A stretch of DNA of 64,000 nucleotides from an uncultured Bdellovibrio sp. (GTDB taxonomy: Bacteria; Bdellovibrionota; Bdellovibrionia; Bdellovibrionales; Bdellovibrionaceae), in contig CAWVRN010000001.1 in NCBI GenBank assembly GCA_963932905.1, positions 320,001-384,000 of the forward strand. The letters run 5' to 3'. This document shows positions 40,601 to 52,800 of the stretch, in pieces. Under the pieces are notes generated by a model. The model saw only the letters and a program-made list of their open reading frames with translations. It searched no databases and was not told the DNA's origin. Every line of letters begins with the position of its first letter. Positions within the stretch are counted from its first letter, which is position 1. A program made the translations under genes and the position numbers.

Positions 40601-41537
40601 TTCTTCCTTGTTTTTGATCTTTAGGTAAAAATAGATTTTCATATGTTTTTTTCATTTGATTCAGTTTTGGATTCAGTCGTTGCCTTAGTAGCTCCGCTCT
40701 GCCAACAAAAGGGTTAGTGATGGGCTTAGCTGCAAATTTTCCACCGGAAACAGCGCCGCTAGCTATGCCTTTAGCAAGTTTTGCCATTTGTGCTTTTAGA
40801 GCAACTCCTGTTGCCATAGTCGGAACAGCCGTAATAGCTGAAGCCGCGCTTTCCATACCATCATTAACTAGTGATCTTGTTGCAATTGGAATAAATAGCA
40901 TGCTTAGACCGATGGATAAGTTGATAATTATAGACATCAAATAGTCTTCCATCCCGGTCACTTTTGGATTCATAGCTAGCTTGAGTAACAATACGCCAAG
41001 AAGACTCCACAAAATTTTCCAAAGCACCACTTGCACTAGCCCCTTGTAGAGACTAAAAGTCACATGTTCAGTTTGTCTAGCCACATAGGCTAGTATCATC
41101 AGGGGGGAACACACAAATAAAATGGTCCACACAAAGTGAATCATTGCATTTGAAATAAAAAATCCCAAGTAGGCAATGATATAGGCCCCTATATTAAAGA
41201 TATAGAGTGCTGTCTCCCTAAGGTTGAACCAATCATTACTTGCGCTATTATAGTTTGGCCCAAGGTTCTTTAAAACGTCCCATAGTTTTTGAAGTCCATC
41301 AATTTTATCGGTAATGCTATCGCCGATTGTGGCAATAGCATTCAAGGTGGTATCAAAACTATATAGCAGTATCACCGAAACTAAAACCCTCCGGAAAATG
41401 TCTTTAACATCGGGCTCGTCATTTTTTAGAAACTCCATCACTATTAGCAATAGAACAAGGGGCACAATAAGAACCCAGTACGTCGAAACTAGTTCGCCGC
41501 GCAGACTTCGTCCCACATCGCTTAAATAATCAAACAT
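40584..41537 (-). CDS. VirB6-like polytopic T4SS membrane protein
   Basis: Five to six TM helices, SPLMIL motif, Ala/Gly-rich tail; operon position. Confidence 0.7.
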   Translation of the reverse strand: MFDYLSDVGRSLRGELVSTYWVLIVPLVLLLIVMEFLKNDEPDVKDIFRRVLVSVILLYSFDTTLNAIATIGDSITDKIDGLQKLWDVLKNLGPNYNSASNDWFNLRETALYIFNIGAYIIAYLGFFISNAMIHFVWTILFVCSPLMILAYVARQTEHVTFSLYKGLVQVVLWKILWSLLGVLLLKLAMNPKVTGMEDYLMSIIINLSIGLSMLFIPIATRSLVNDGMESAASAITAVPTMATGVALKAQMAKLAKGIASGAVSGGKFAAKPITNPFVGRAELLRQRLNPKLNQMKKTYENLFLPKDQKQGRNDKRR

Positions 41538-42266
41538 TTAAAATTTGATTAAACTCATTTGTGGGTTGAGTTCTTTAAAACTCTTTCCAAGATCCTGATT
41601 CACTCGCTGAAAGTTCGTAACGCTATCTTTTCCCATTTTGTTTTGCATTCCAAACTGCTCGCTTTGTAGTTTTAGCATCTGCGTATTAAGCCGAATCAAT
41701 TGCGACAGTGACCTAAGAATCTGAGCGCTGGTTTCCGCCTGTATTCTCATAGCCCCCTTGGGCGATGCTGCCCGGCTATCGATGGCCACTCGAATTGAGT
41801 TTTCTTCTTGCTTCACTGAGTATTCTTTAAAATCGTTTATCATTCTAAGACTTTCTGAAATGGTTTGATCATGTAGTCTTTGCATAAACTCTTCTTTGCT
41901 CTTAGGAACAGCACCATAGATTTCTGAAATCTTTTCCACAGCCTTTTTGAAATTTCGTATTTCAGAAAGTACTTTTTCATCTTTGATCGGTAAGGTTTCA
42001 ATAAGACCCAATGAATTATCTAGTCCCGAGTTAACCAGCCTCAAGTAATCCCGCTGGTCTTTTGCAAGTTCAATCATGGTCTTAAGCTGATAATACCGAC
42101 GAATATTCTCCTCGAGAATTTTTATCAAGTAGGAAACCTGTGTCCATCCAGATCCATCGGTAAACGCTCCAGCTTTTGGCGGGATCATGAGACCAATAAT
42201 TAAAAAGACAATTGCCGAGATCCGAAAATATCCCGCTGACAATATTTTTAATTTAAACACCTTCAT
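41538..42266 (-). CDS. VirB5/TrbJ-like helical secreted T4SS protein
   Basis: Signal peptide, helical Gln-rich body, SPKGA motif; lies between VirB4 and VirB6. Confidence 0.6.
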   Translation of the reverse strand: MKVFKLKILSAGYFRISAIVFLIIGLMIPPKAGAFTDGSGWTQVSYLIKILEENIRRYYQLKTMIELAKDQRDYLRLVNSGLDNSLGLIETLPIKDEKVLSEIRNFKKAVEKISEIYGAVPKSKEEFMQRLHDQTISESLRMINDFKEYSVKQEENSIRVAIDSRAASPKGAMRIQAETSAQILRSLSQLIRLNTQMLKLQSEQFGMQNKMGKDSVTNFQRVNQDLGKSFKELNPQMSLIKF

Positions 42267-44680
42267 GATCTATCCAATTCGTTTTCAAAGGCAAGTCGTT
42301 GCAGAATTTGAATCTTTGATTCATTCGGATGCCTATCCTCCATTTCTTTAATTTTTGCTTTTTCATTTCCGTCACTGGTGCAGATCCAGTAACTCAGTGG
42401 TTCCGGAACTAGTCTAAGAATAGCCTGATTTTCATCCTGCATAAGATAAAATTCAGAGTACTTTCCTTTCACGATCTCAAGGCTTTTTATCGCTTCTACT
42501 TGAGAGTCATTGAAATCAAAACTCGATTTAAAATCGTTCCAATCGATTTTTCGTTGACGCAAAATGAACACGTTTGTTGTATTCGGCATTAAGCTCTCGG
42601 CTAGGTCTTTGTCAGACAAAAAATCTCGATAGTTTTGGGAAATGCAATAAATCCCAGCGTTATATTTTCTAAAGGTACGAAAACAATCGATAGCAAAATC
42701 TCTTCCGCTCTCTGTTTTGAAAAGACGCTGAGCCTCATCAATTATCAACAAGTAAGGAGTTTGAAGGTCCCTAGCTGCCTCTGTCTTAATATAGCTTGTA
42801 AACAGCAGTAAAAATATGTCTTTTAACTCGCGATGGTTGTCTAGTCCTTTGATTTCAATCGTGATTAAATCTGATTTTAATTTTACGTTACTTTGCCGAT
42901 CTAGCATTCGTCCATAGGCCGTGTCGCCAGTCCAAGAAAATAATATTTGAGCGTATTTTCTCATTTCAGGCTCCACATGCTCAGTAAGAATTGTTTTTAA
43001 ATCAGTTAATACTGGAACCCGATCTTTTACACTTTGGTACATTCTAAAAATCGACTCTTCGAGAAGGGCTTTTTCCCGCTTTGGAAGCCCTTTTTTATCA
43101 TCGTCTTTTAAAATCAGCTCTAGCACTCCAAGCATCATTTTAATTCGTGATGGAGTCGGTACGAGTTCCCCCTCCTCAAGATCAAATAAGTTAATCGAAA
43201 TTCCTGATTCTAAAGTCAGGTCGATAAACTCGCCGCCAAGTACCTCAAGCAGCCGCTGCGATGAAGCGCCGTTATCAATCCATATAATTTTTGGATTTGG
43301 CTCTTGGCCGTAGAACTGTAGCATCAATTGGGCGACGCTAAACGATTTACCGGAGCCGCTACCGCCAAATACAAGCCCATTCCAATTGGGAAGTTCCTTA
43401 GCAAATGGGTCCAGTGAAAAAAGTGAATTTTCTCGATTTGGCAGCAAGCACACCGGTCTATTGTTACCCAGCCAGCATGAATAAAACGGTAGCAAGTGCG
43501 CGGCGTTTGACGTTTTAATCTTCTTAAGCCTAAACCCTTTGCAAATTGACGGCGCAGCCGCCATAAAAGCTTCCAGACCCGCATAGGTTTCTTGTATCCC
43601 TTCGGCCTGGTTTAAAGATCGAAAGGATCGCAAAACTTCGTCGGTTTTCGTTTCAAGTTCTTCTTGACTGTCGGCCCAAACGACGACGTTAAAATCCATC
43701 ATTACAATTTTCTCACACCCCTCATGAAGTTCACGAGTTAGACTCTCAATCTGCTCAAACTGGGTTTCACTTTCAATATCAGAAACATTCTTGCTACCTG
43801 AAGCCATCGAGCGCGCCACTCTTCGGCCTAGTTCAAGTTTACTTAGCTCCTTTTTTTGATTCAGACTTTTCAAATTTTGACTGATCCAAAAATGAAATGG
43901 CAGCTTAGTGAAATTCTCAATCATAGCCGCATGTGTTTTTCCTTCTGGCAAAATGGCAAGCGTTAATACCCGGAATTTTAAGTCAGAAATGGTAATAGCG
44001 TCTTTATCTACACTTATATCACTCAGTACAATTTGTTCAGACAGGGTATGATCAATTGAATCTTGACGAAGATACGGTAGGCCTATGCCTTCATGACGAG
44101 GTTTATTAAAATAGGTAAAAATATTTCCGTACCACTCAATAGGATCAATTTCAGTTGGAAATAGTCCCGCCGATTCAAGACCACTTTTAACAAGCGTCAT
44201 CGTTCTTTCAAATTTTTGACGATGTTGATCGTAGTCCTTCTTTGTCATTGCCTCAAATGATTCTCTTTTTTGCCAAAATCGTCTTTGCTTCATTCGATGG
44301 CTAGCGGACCTAACAAAGACAAAAATTTCTGGCACAAAATATTCTCGGTTTTTTGCGTTCTTTCTTAAATAGTTGACCCTGGCCTCACGTACTGGTTGAT
44401 AGCTATCTTTACAATTTTTAGAAACATCTTCGTGCTTTTGAATAATGCTTTCGACATCATGATTAAGTTTATAAAAAAGCTGTAAAGAATACTCTTCGGG
44501 CAAAGAGTTAAGGAGTCCCTCTATTTTTTCCGAAAAGTAATTTACCTCCGCCGGTGTTTTTAAACTGATATCGTTTCCGATAACTCTAAATCCCGAACCC
44601 AAAGATGCGTCACTAAAAACGACTAACTTGTCGTCTAGGTGCCAAAGTCCTAGCATGTCTTTAATTTGATTTGCCATCAA
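42263..44680 (-). CDS. virB4: VirB4/TraC conjugation ATPase
   Basis: 805 aa; NGLVFGGSGSGKS Walker A, INLFD, LIIDEA Walker B, RKYNAG...ISQ. Confidence 0.92.
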   Translation of the reverse strand: MMANQIKDMLGLWHLDDKLVVFSDASLGSGFRVIGNDISLKTPAEVNYFSEKIEGLLNSLPEEYSLQLFYKLNHDVESIIQKHEDVSKNCKDSYQPVREARVNYLRKNAKNREYFVPEIFVFVRSASHRMKQRRFWQKRESFEAMTKKDYDQHRQKFERTMTLVKSGLESAGLFPTEIDPIEWYGNIFTYFNKPRHEGIGLPYLRQDSIDHTLSEQIVLSDISVDKDAITISDLKFRVLTLAILPEGKTHAAMIENFTKLPFHFWISQNLKSLNQKKELSKLELGRRVARSMASGSKNVSDIESETQFEQIESLTRELHEGCEKIVMMDFNVVVWADSQEELETKTDEVLRSFRSLNQAEGIQETYAGLEAFMAAAPSICKGFRLKKIKTSNAAHLLPFYSCWLGNNRPVCLLPNRENSLFSLDPFAKELPNWNGLVFGGSGSGKSFSVAQLMLQFYGQEPNPKIIWIDNGASSQRLLEVLGGEFIDLTLESGISINLFDLEEGELVPTPSRIKMMLGVLELILKDDDKKGLPKREKALLEESIFRMYQSVKDRVPVLTDLKTILTEHVEPEMRKYAQILFSWTGDTAYGRMLDRQSNVKLKSDLITIEIKGLDNHRELKDIFLLLFTSYIKTEAARDLQTPYLLIIDEAQRLFKTESGRDFAIDCFRTFRKYNAGIYCISQNYRDFLSDKDLAESLMPNTTNVFILRQRKIDWNDFKSSFDFNDSQVEAIKSLEIVKGKYSEFYLMQDENQAILRLVPEPLSYWICTSDGNEKAKIKEMEDRHPNESKIQILQRLAFENELDRS

Positions 44681-44987
44681 TTCTAACTCCTAATATTTTT
44701 TCACGATTTGATTGGTCATTTCCGGCGGCAAAGAATCCCTTGGTTAAATGAAATTTTACCAAGTGGATAAGATAGTCATCCGGCTTTCCTCTTTTTCCAA
44801 AATATAAAATGCCGAGTAAAGTGGCCGGTAAGACAATCACAAAAATAACAGACAATGAGGTCCGACCAAAAAACAAATTCATTGTTGAAGCAAATATCAG
44901 AACGGCTAAAATGTCGGGGGCTTCCATGCCCCCAATTTTGATTTTAGCGTCCAGCTTCCTGTGGACAGTAGATTCTTTAAACTCCAC
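44661..44987 (-). CDS. VirB3/TraL-like membrane protein
   Basis: 108 aa, two TM, KRGKPDDYL.H; directly upstream of virB4. Confidence 0.7.
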   Translation of the reverse strand: MEFKESTVHRKLDAKIKIGGMEAPDILAVLIFASTMNLFFGRTSLSVIFVIVLPATLLGILYFGKRGKPDDYLIHLVKFHLTKGFFAAGNDQSNREKILGVRIDGKSN

Positions 44988-45298
44988 TACATCCCTGAAA
45001 TACTTTGAAGCCAGCGGATAAGCATGGGTGCTAAAAACCCAACAATACTAGCCACTGCCACAAGTACCATTCGAGACTTTGCCTCAGCATCACCCGTTGC
45101 TGCCAGTATCGCTGCATACACAAGGCCCAGAACGCTGACCGCAGGCAAGAGCACGTTTACAAGTCCCTTTGTTACGCCGCCCACCTTACTCTGAAAGTCG
45201 CCGCCTCCGTACTGCGCAAATGATAGTTCTGGCATAAAAAGGGTAATGCCAATATAGGCAATTGCACCCAAAGCAATCCAAGATTGATTTTTTATCAA
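44987..45298 (-). CDS. VirB2/TrbC-like pilin
   Basis: Signal ending PELSFAQ followed by two hydrophobic helices. Confidence 0.75.
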   Translation of the reverse strand: MIKNQSWIALGAIAYIGITLFMPELSFAQYGGGDFQSKVGGVTKGLVNVLLPAVSVLGLVYAAILAATGDAEAKSRMVLVAVASIVGFLAPMLIRWLQSISGM

Positions 45299-45301
45299 AT
45301 A

Positions 45302-45640
45302 CTACTCTTCCGTGTGAAGTGCTAAAATCCGTGAATAAGGTCCTAGTTCCATAAAAATATAGGGACCGGCACTTTTAGAGCTTTTCCCCGAACCAATCGG
45401 CGAAGACCGAACAAATTTTCCTTCTTTTCTTAGACTAACATCAACGCGGTAGTGAACCGTTTCGCCATCCGACCCCGTTGGCCTTAAGAAAATGTATTTT
45501 TCATCGGGCATGGCATCGACCTTAAGTCGAAACTCACCTTTATCTTCGTGGTAGAATGCTACTCCCGCCGGAAATTTTCGGCCGGTTTCTTTATCAATCC
45601 ATTCAAGATCTAATTTTTTATTTTTTACTCTGTTTTCCAT
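45302..45640 (-). CDS. hypothetical protein, possibly DUF736-like ssDNA-binding
   Basis: RBS GGAGG; AGVAF...FRLKVDAMP beta-rich unit, loosely repeated. Confidence 0.55.
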   Translation of the reverse strand: MENRVKNKKLDLEWIDKETGRKFPAGVAFYHEDKGEFRLKVDAMPDEKYIFLRPTGSDGETVHYRVDVSLRKEGKFVRSSPIGSGKSSKSAGPYIFMELGPYSRILALHTEE

Positions 45641-45689
45641 ATTTAATTTTCCTCCCTAGAATCTAGTTTGTTGTTTGTTTTGTTCTGCT

Positions 45690-45941
45690 TTATGCTGATT
45701 TAAGGTTTAAAAGTTCTTCTCTCATTAAACTCAGCGCCTTAGCGTGGGTCACTTTTACGTCGTAAAGTTCCATACCCAGTGTTTGAGCAATATGTTTTAG
45801 CCCCATGCCTAGCCAATATTTTAAATATACGATGGCCCTCTCGTCGGCTGGCAAATTCATCGCTATTTGTTTAACCTCCAATTTTTCTTTGTCGTTCAAC
45901 GGAAAACTCCATGTCTTCTGGTTTTCTATTTTCACGTGCAA
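45690..45941 (-). CDS. small protein consisting mainly of a sigma70 region-4-like HTH
   Basis: LPADERAIVYLKYWLGMGLKHIAQTLGM....VK.THAKAL..MR. Confidence 0.75.
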   Translation of the reverse strand: MHVKIENQKTWSFPLNDKEKLEVKQIAMNLPADERAIVYLKYWLGMGLKHIAQTLGMELYDVKVTHAKALSLMREELLNLKSA

Positions 45942-45948
45942 TTACCTT

Positions 45949-46161
45949 TCATCCTAAAAAGTGAATTCGCATAAATTTAAGTTCATTTTGTCGCTTGATT
46001 TCATCAATCTTGCGATCATCAACTTCACTGCTGAATAGTCTTTTCCAAAAACTATTCTTTAGTTCTTTTCCCATTGGAATTTTCGAGTTCTGATTTGTAT
46101 CTTTAGGCGCATTCTTTTTCATCTTGTTCCGCCTCCTCTTTGCTATCGATTTCGTTTTCAT
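45949..46161 (-). CDS. small basic hypothetical protein
   Basis: Co-oriented, overlaps the upstream ORF; start uncertain. Confidence 0.5.
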   Translation of the reverse strand: MKTKSIAKRRRNKMKKNAPKDTNQNSKIPMGKELKNSFWKRLFSSEVDDRKIDEIKRQNELKFMRIHFLG

Positions 46162-46321
46162 TATAGGAAAGTATTTCCCTTGCTTCCCTCAATGCTTTCA
46201 AATTCTCTGCTTCGGGATCACTCCAGTAGTCTTCAAAATAAAAACATCCTGAGCAGTGCGAGTAGGTTCGCAACACTTCTAAATTCCCCCCGCAACGCGG
46301 GCATTTTTTTCTAATTGCCAT
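46103..46321 (-). CDS. small zinc-ribbon protein, first gene of the transfer operon
   Basis: CPRC...CSGC; RBS GAAGGGGG. Confidence 0.65.
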   Translation of the reverse strand: MAIRKKCPRCGGNLEVLRTYSHCSGCFYFEDYWSDPEAENLKALREAREILSYNENEIDSKEEAEQDEKECA

Positions 46322-46875
46322 AATTGGCCCCCTTCAAAAGGACGTCTTTGTTGCTGTCCTTTCACCAATTACTAATGCAAAAAACAGTGGGCTTTATGCC
46401 AGCCCGATAACATATTGGAATGAGAAACAAATTTGATTTGATGTAGATTTTGCCTAGGGATGCAAAGTTCGTTTTCGCGGAGTTCGAGTTCGCTATTAGA
46501 CGAGCTTACCGTTCACAGAAAATAACCTGATACGATTTGGGATTTTGCAATGGGGATTCAATCCTCGCCCACTTGAAACTGCAATAAAATGTATCTATCA
46601 AACAGTTGGGGACTGGAACCAGTTTATCTAAACTTTTATTTCGACATTAGTAAAACGAGCTTGAATTCAATGTCCAACTAAATCAAGTGTATTATTATGA
46701 TATTTTTTTCCACTAGTGTTTGTAAATCATATTAGATTATGAAGTACTCTAATTTAACCAATCGCCTTCTTGTTGTAAAATCTCATTTCTAGATACAATA
46801 AAAATTGTTTACCCTTAAGTCTTGGATTTAGAAATCCGAGACTTTTATCGAACCAATCTTAAGGGGAGCCATCTC

Positions 46876-49800
46876 ATGTATCGCTTAACGGCTATCGCTA
46901 TTCTATTGTTTGCTCAGTTCGTCCTTGCTCAAAACACCGCAGATCAGGTTGTGGTCTTTCCTGATAAGACCTACCGTGGCTCCTTCAAATCGGTCAATCA
47001 AGTTACCGAAACAATTAGCGTCACTTCAGACGCAATCAAAAATGACTTTATCATTAAGATGAAAAACGCCGACGGTCAGAATCACGAAAATGTCGTCTGC
47101 GCGGGCGGACTACTTCAAAAATGTTCCTGCGGTCTTAAGAACCTTGCTAATTTACTTTATCGCACTTTTTTCAGAGTTGAATATGCCGAAATCACTTGGA
47201 ACGGTAAAAAGGTAGTTGATGCAAGTACGTTCAACAAAAATGTCGCCCTACTTTCAGTTTCGGTAAAACCAGAGTTAAATAACTCCCTGGTGATAAAATA
47301 TAGGGGATTCTTTACTTCGTATTTCTCCCTTGGAATTTATCGTCCGTCTTCACCGAAAGACACTACCGCACCGACAATTTTGACTCAGTTGCGTAGCAAT
47401 ACGTTTACAAATCAAAAATCGGTATCAGTAGAAATTCAAGATATTTCAAATGTCACATCAACAGTTTCCATCAATGGGGCCGTAGTTAAATCGTCAACGG
47501 CAAAAAGTTTTACTTTCGATCTTGTCAACGGAAACAATAATATTGAAATCAAATCTCAAGATCAGTTTAACAATATAGCTTCGCCAGTGCTGATTTCAAA
47601 TGTGGTCTTAGATCAAACGAACCCAAGTATTTCTCTGTCGTCGAACGATCCGGTTTATGTTAACTCACTACCGAAAACTTTAGCTGTCCAGTTCATATCA
47701 AACGAGCCTTTGAAATCGCTTCTCGTGAATTCAAATCAGGTATCGTTAGATGAGAGTGGTAAAATCGGTGTCTATAATCTAAACGTGTTGCAATCTGGCG
47801 CCAATAATGTCGCCGTTCAACCGACAGATCTTGCGGGAAATGTATCAAATCAAAATTTATCTCTTTCCGTAATATTGGATAACACTGCTCCTGTTATAAC
47901 CTTTGGAATAGCCGAAGGAACGTTAACTAATCAAAGCTTGATCGTAGTTCCAGTGAAAATTACAGAGGCGAATGATGTCCATTCGATTATCAAAGTTAAC
48001 GGTGTCGATGTGCTCAGGACAGGCGCAAAGGAATTCGATTTCGAAGCTAGCCTTTTATTAGAGGGTGAAAATCAAATTCAGGTTGAAAGTACCGATATTG
48101 CTGGGAATATCGCCATTTCTGAAATATTGAAAATACAAAGAGATACTGTTGTTCCAATTTTAACCATCACCTCTCCAACGCCGAATCAAATTTTGCAAGA
48201 TATCCAATTTACATTGTCCGGTTCGTTTAGCGAAGCCGTAAGCACGCTAAAAATAAACAATAAAGATATAGTTTTGTCAGCAGATAAAAAATCATTTTCC
48301 ATTCAGTACTTAACCCAATACGAAGGAGTCCAAGAGATTCAATTTCTAGCAGAAGACTTAGCCGGAAACATTTTAGAAAAATCAATATCGATAGAGATTC
48401 ATTCGCCGCTTCTAGTACCTGAGTTAATTTCATTAACTCAGGTCGAAGACCAGGTTTTTATCCACGGTGCCCAGCAAGCCTCTCGACCTGGTTTAACGAT
48501 CAAAGCCAGCGAAGGTTTTTTAAGCTTTAACACTGATGAATCCATCGTTAACCCAGACGGCAGTTTTTCATTAAAACTGACGCCATTCCAATCGGCGACA
48601 GTTTCAGTTGAAGACCCACGAGTGAATCAAACCTCGTCATTCGTTGTTCAGTTTAGCGGCATCACAAGACTTTCTGGTATTATTCGCGACATTAACGATG
48701 TGGCCATTCCAAATGTGACTGTCTCTCTATCTGGAACTACGTTTCAAACCGTTACTAACGGCCAAGGGGCATTTAGTTTTGAACTTAATATTTCCGGAGA
48801 CCAAACTCTTAATTTTGATGGCTCAACGGTTCCGACTTCGTTCACTGGACCAAGTCGATACTTTTCAAAATCATCAATGTCTATAAACCTTGGTTATGCT
48901 CAGCAAAATATTTTAAACAGACCGATTTATCTAACTCCGACTCTTTTAGATGGAACGCAGACGCAAGTTGTCGCCAATCAACCTGCTAACGTTAGCAGTT
49001 CGCACGCTCCTGGCGTAGAACTGGCTGTTCCCTCTAATGCGAGTGTATTTCCGTCTGGTTCTGGTCAAGGCAGTATAAATATTATGACCATTCCTTCGGA
49101 TAAAGTCACAGTGCCAGTTCCGGCCAGCGCAGTTCCAAATGCAGTGGTTTCTTTGGAACCTTCGGGTTTGAGATTTAATCAGCGTGTCGAGTTAACGCTG
49201 CCAAACTCGTATGAACTAAAACCGAACACGGATATGGTAATCTTTAGTATGAATTCCGCCAAAGGTGCTTGGGAAATTGATGGTATTGCCAAAGTTTCTA
49301 GCGACGGACAAAAAATCAAGACCCTTCCTAATCAAGGGATATCCCATTTTAGTATCGTTTATGCAGTTCCTTTGATGCCGACTTTGACTGGGTTAGTTGA
49401 CAGTAACCTAAACGCCGTTGATAGCAGTAAAGATTCCTACGAAACAAGTTTGCAACTTCCCTCGTTTAAAATTGGAGACGAATCTTTTTCACCGCAACTA
49501 AAATATAAATCAATCTGGGCAAACCCTACTGCCTTTGTCTCTAATTATATCGAAATTCCAGAAAAGACGATTACATATTCTAAGTCGTCGGCCTCACAAA
49601 CAAGCTCCTATAGCTCAGTTTACGTCGGGAAGACTTGCGATATTTTTCGTTGCTATTCTCGTTATGCAGATTTTTATACAAACACGTTTTATAATTCGAG
49701 TGTAAACCAGGTTTCTAGTTACGTGCCCAACGGAATTAAATCTCAATTTTTCATAAGCTCGATTAAATCCAGCGACATTGCAACAGGAAATATTTCTAGC

Positions 49801-52800
49801 GATCTATCGAAAGTAACGACTGAAATTTTCGACGATGGCGAGCGTAAAGGCCTGGTTTCAAAAATCGCCAATTTTTCTGATCTTAGTCAATTCTCTGCTT
49901 TACCAATGAGAAACATGGTATCTTATGCTGTTGAACTAAAAGACCCAAGCACGAACAAATACCTTGAATCGGGACTCTACCCATCACTCGCAAGATATCA
50001 AATTCAATTAAAAAACCTTACCATCAAAACAGTTCAAGATAGCGTTACAAACAAAGGCAGGTTTGACTCTAGTTATATTCCCATAGACCAAAGAAATATT
50101 CAGCAGAATACGACGACTACAAAAACCACGCTCGAGACCCAAGTATTAAGCGACTTCCTTCCTAAAGATGTCACTGCAAACGTCGTAGTTCAAAACAAAG
50201 TTGATTCCATATCTGGTCGAGGATGGAAAATTAATGGATACCAACAAATTCTGAATCCAGCTGCGCGAAATATTGTAATTGAAGAGGCCGATGGTTCGGT
50301 AAGTACTTATGAAATGAGTAATATTATTTCTACTGTTTATCAGCCAAACAACGCTTCTATAAAATTAGATCAGGCTTTAGATTTCTCTCAGTGGCCCAAA
50401 ATAGTTACAAGTTACGTTTCTGATAACGGAAAGAGTTACCTAGGCGAAGTTGATTTGTCACAAGCGCAGCCATCTTCTATTTTAGGTCTATTTGAAATAG
50501 GCTCGGCTTCTGGGGCGCTCGGAAATCAGGGCACTTATATTTGTATCGAGTCTAATTACACCGGATCATTTTCTACCACTCGACATTCATACCTTTTTCA
50601 ACCACAACTGTCTAATTTAAGAAGAATATCTAATGGTCGATGGATTGCTACAGATACCAGATCACATAGAGTGGTTGAAATCGGATCAATGCCTAAAGAT
50701 ATCGCCGGAAAGAAGGCAACAATCGAGGAAGTACTAAATTTAAATTTTGGTATTGAACGAATCGATGCAAACTTGGATGGCGTAAATCAAACCTGCCAAT
50801 CGGTGTTTGGGGTCAGCTGTGGAATGCCAGTCGTCGATCAGGCAAATTTATCGTGTACTTTAGCCCTACCTAATGAATGCCCTCCGGGAGTCATTTGTAA
50901 GCCAAGTCCCCCTAAAAAATTTATAGCTAGCACAGGTGATGGTTATCTTTCTACCTATGAAGGCGACGATATTCAGGGTCTAGCGAACTCAGGGCCAAAT
51001 GGGATAGGTCTAAATTCCCCGCAAGGAGTGGTGCTCGATAGTCTGAATAACATTTATATTGCAGATTTCGGAAACAATCGCATCAGAAAGATAGATGCCC
51101 AAACTTCTACGATATCAACTATAGCCGGAAATGGACAAAATTTAAATTTCCCGGAAAACCCAGGGTTAGGCACTAGTGTATCGATTTATCACCCGAAACA
51201 ACTTTTACTCAATTCCCAAAACGAACTATATATTTCAACAGAGAAAGGATTGATTTTAAAACTTAAAACAAACGGACAAATTGAAAAAGTCGCTGGATTA
51301 CCTGTTGAAGAGGGCGGTGTTTTTGCGAATCAAACAAACGCTCTTGTGATGGCTTTGAATAATCCAAACGGAATGGCCATCGATGAATCGAAAAATTACC
51401 TATATGTTGCTGATACTGGTTATCACCGTGTAGTTAGAATCGACCTAGTCAACCAACAAGCTGATGTTATCGCCGGTAATGGTAGCTGCAACTTGCAAGT
51501 TAGCGGGGATGGATTTGCAGCGACGAACGCTTCACTTTGTAGTCCGACTTTTTTACATCTTGATAATGACAAAAATCTGATTGTCCAAGAATCGGGACGA
51601 AAGGCAATACGTAAAATTCAGTTTACTGAAGATAATCAATCACAAGACCTTACCTTTATTGCTAGTAGCAAAGATTTGTCCGTATTGATTAAACACGCTG
51701 ATGGATCTTGGAATCGAAAATTTCGTGATGGCTCAAGTGTAACATTTAGTTCTCTGGGACTTCAGGTGTCCTCTACGGATCGCCTTGGCAGACAAAATAT
51801 TTTCAGTTATGACACTGAAAACAAGATTTCAAAAATTAGTTTTTTCACTGGACAAGAAATTAACTATTTCTACAGCGGTAGACTTTTAAATCGAATTCAA
51901 GATAGCTCAGGTCGATCCACCCAGTTTAGCTACACCGATGGAAAACTAACGAACGTTAGACTTCCCGATGGCGCCGAAAAACAATTTGAATACAATGAAA
52001 AGGGAATGCTTGTTTCTGAAGAGAATCAACTTGGCCAAAAACTCGCGATCGATTACCAATCAAGTAATCGCGTGAACAAAATAAAACTAGCAGATAACAA
52101 AGAAGTTCAATGGAATGATGCTGTTTCCAAAACTCTCACTACGGGATCTAATGACAGTAACTTACTTAAAGGAGTTGGGCTAGCAAGCAATCAAGGCAAC
52201 TCTCAAATCACAGATAGTAATGGCGGCACTACGGTCCTAGTGCCTGACATTAATGGCTATACCTCTATTGCTTCAAATGCGATGGGGGCACAAACAACAA
52301 TAAATAGGGACTTTGAAGGTTTACCTTTAGCGATTGTTCGGCCAACTGGCCACGCGACCCATTTTTCTTACGATCCACTAACTAGAGACGTGGCTTCAAC
52401 GAGCGAATATTACAATTTAGATACCGACCCGGTAGTAAGAAAATTCACTTACAATTCATTCGGTCAAGTCTTGACCGAGACTCAATCCGTTAGAGGCGCA
52501 ACAGATCAAACTACGGTAAAAGAATACTCAAGCGAGGGACTACTTTTAAAAATAACTTCTCCAGACGGAAGTAAAATCGAAATGACCTATGATACCAACG
52601 GTTTTATGAAAACTAGAACTGTGTTCCCTTCATTAGCAGCGGCCGGACTTACAACGACCTACATAAGAAATCAAAAGGGCTGGGTTATAAAACTTATTGG
52701 TCCAGATAGCAAAGAAGTTACATTCTCATATGATCTTTCAGGAAACGTAATCGAGAAAATCGAAAATATCTCGGCATCAACAACCGCAATAACGAAATTT

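Noticed and set aside
46336..46363. AAAGGAC/GTCCTTT hairpin in the transfer-operon leader as an attenuator
   Set aside because: 7-bp stem with a 12-nt loop is too weak to call.
46376..46401. sigma54 promoter for the transfer operon (TGGCAT...TTTTGCA on the minus strand)
   Set aside because: Spacing is GG-N20-GC, and the correctly spaced position reads CC, so direct control of tra by the bEBP is not supported from sequence.
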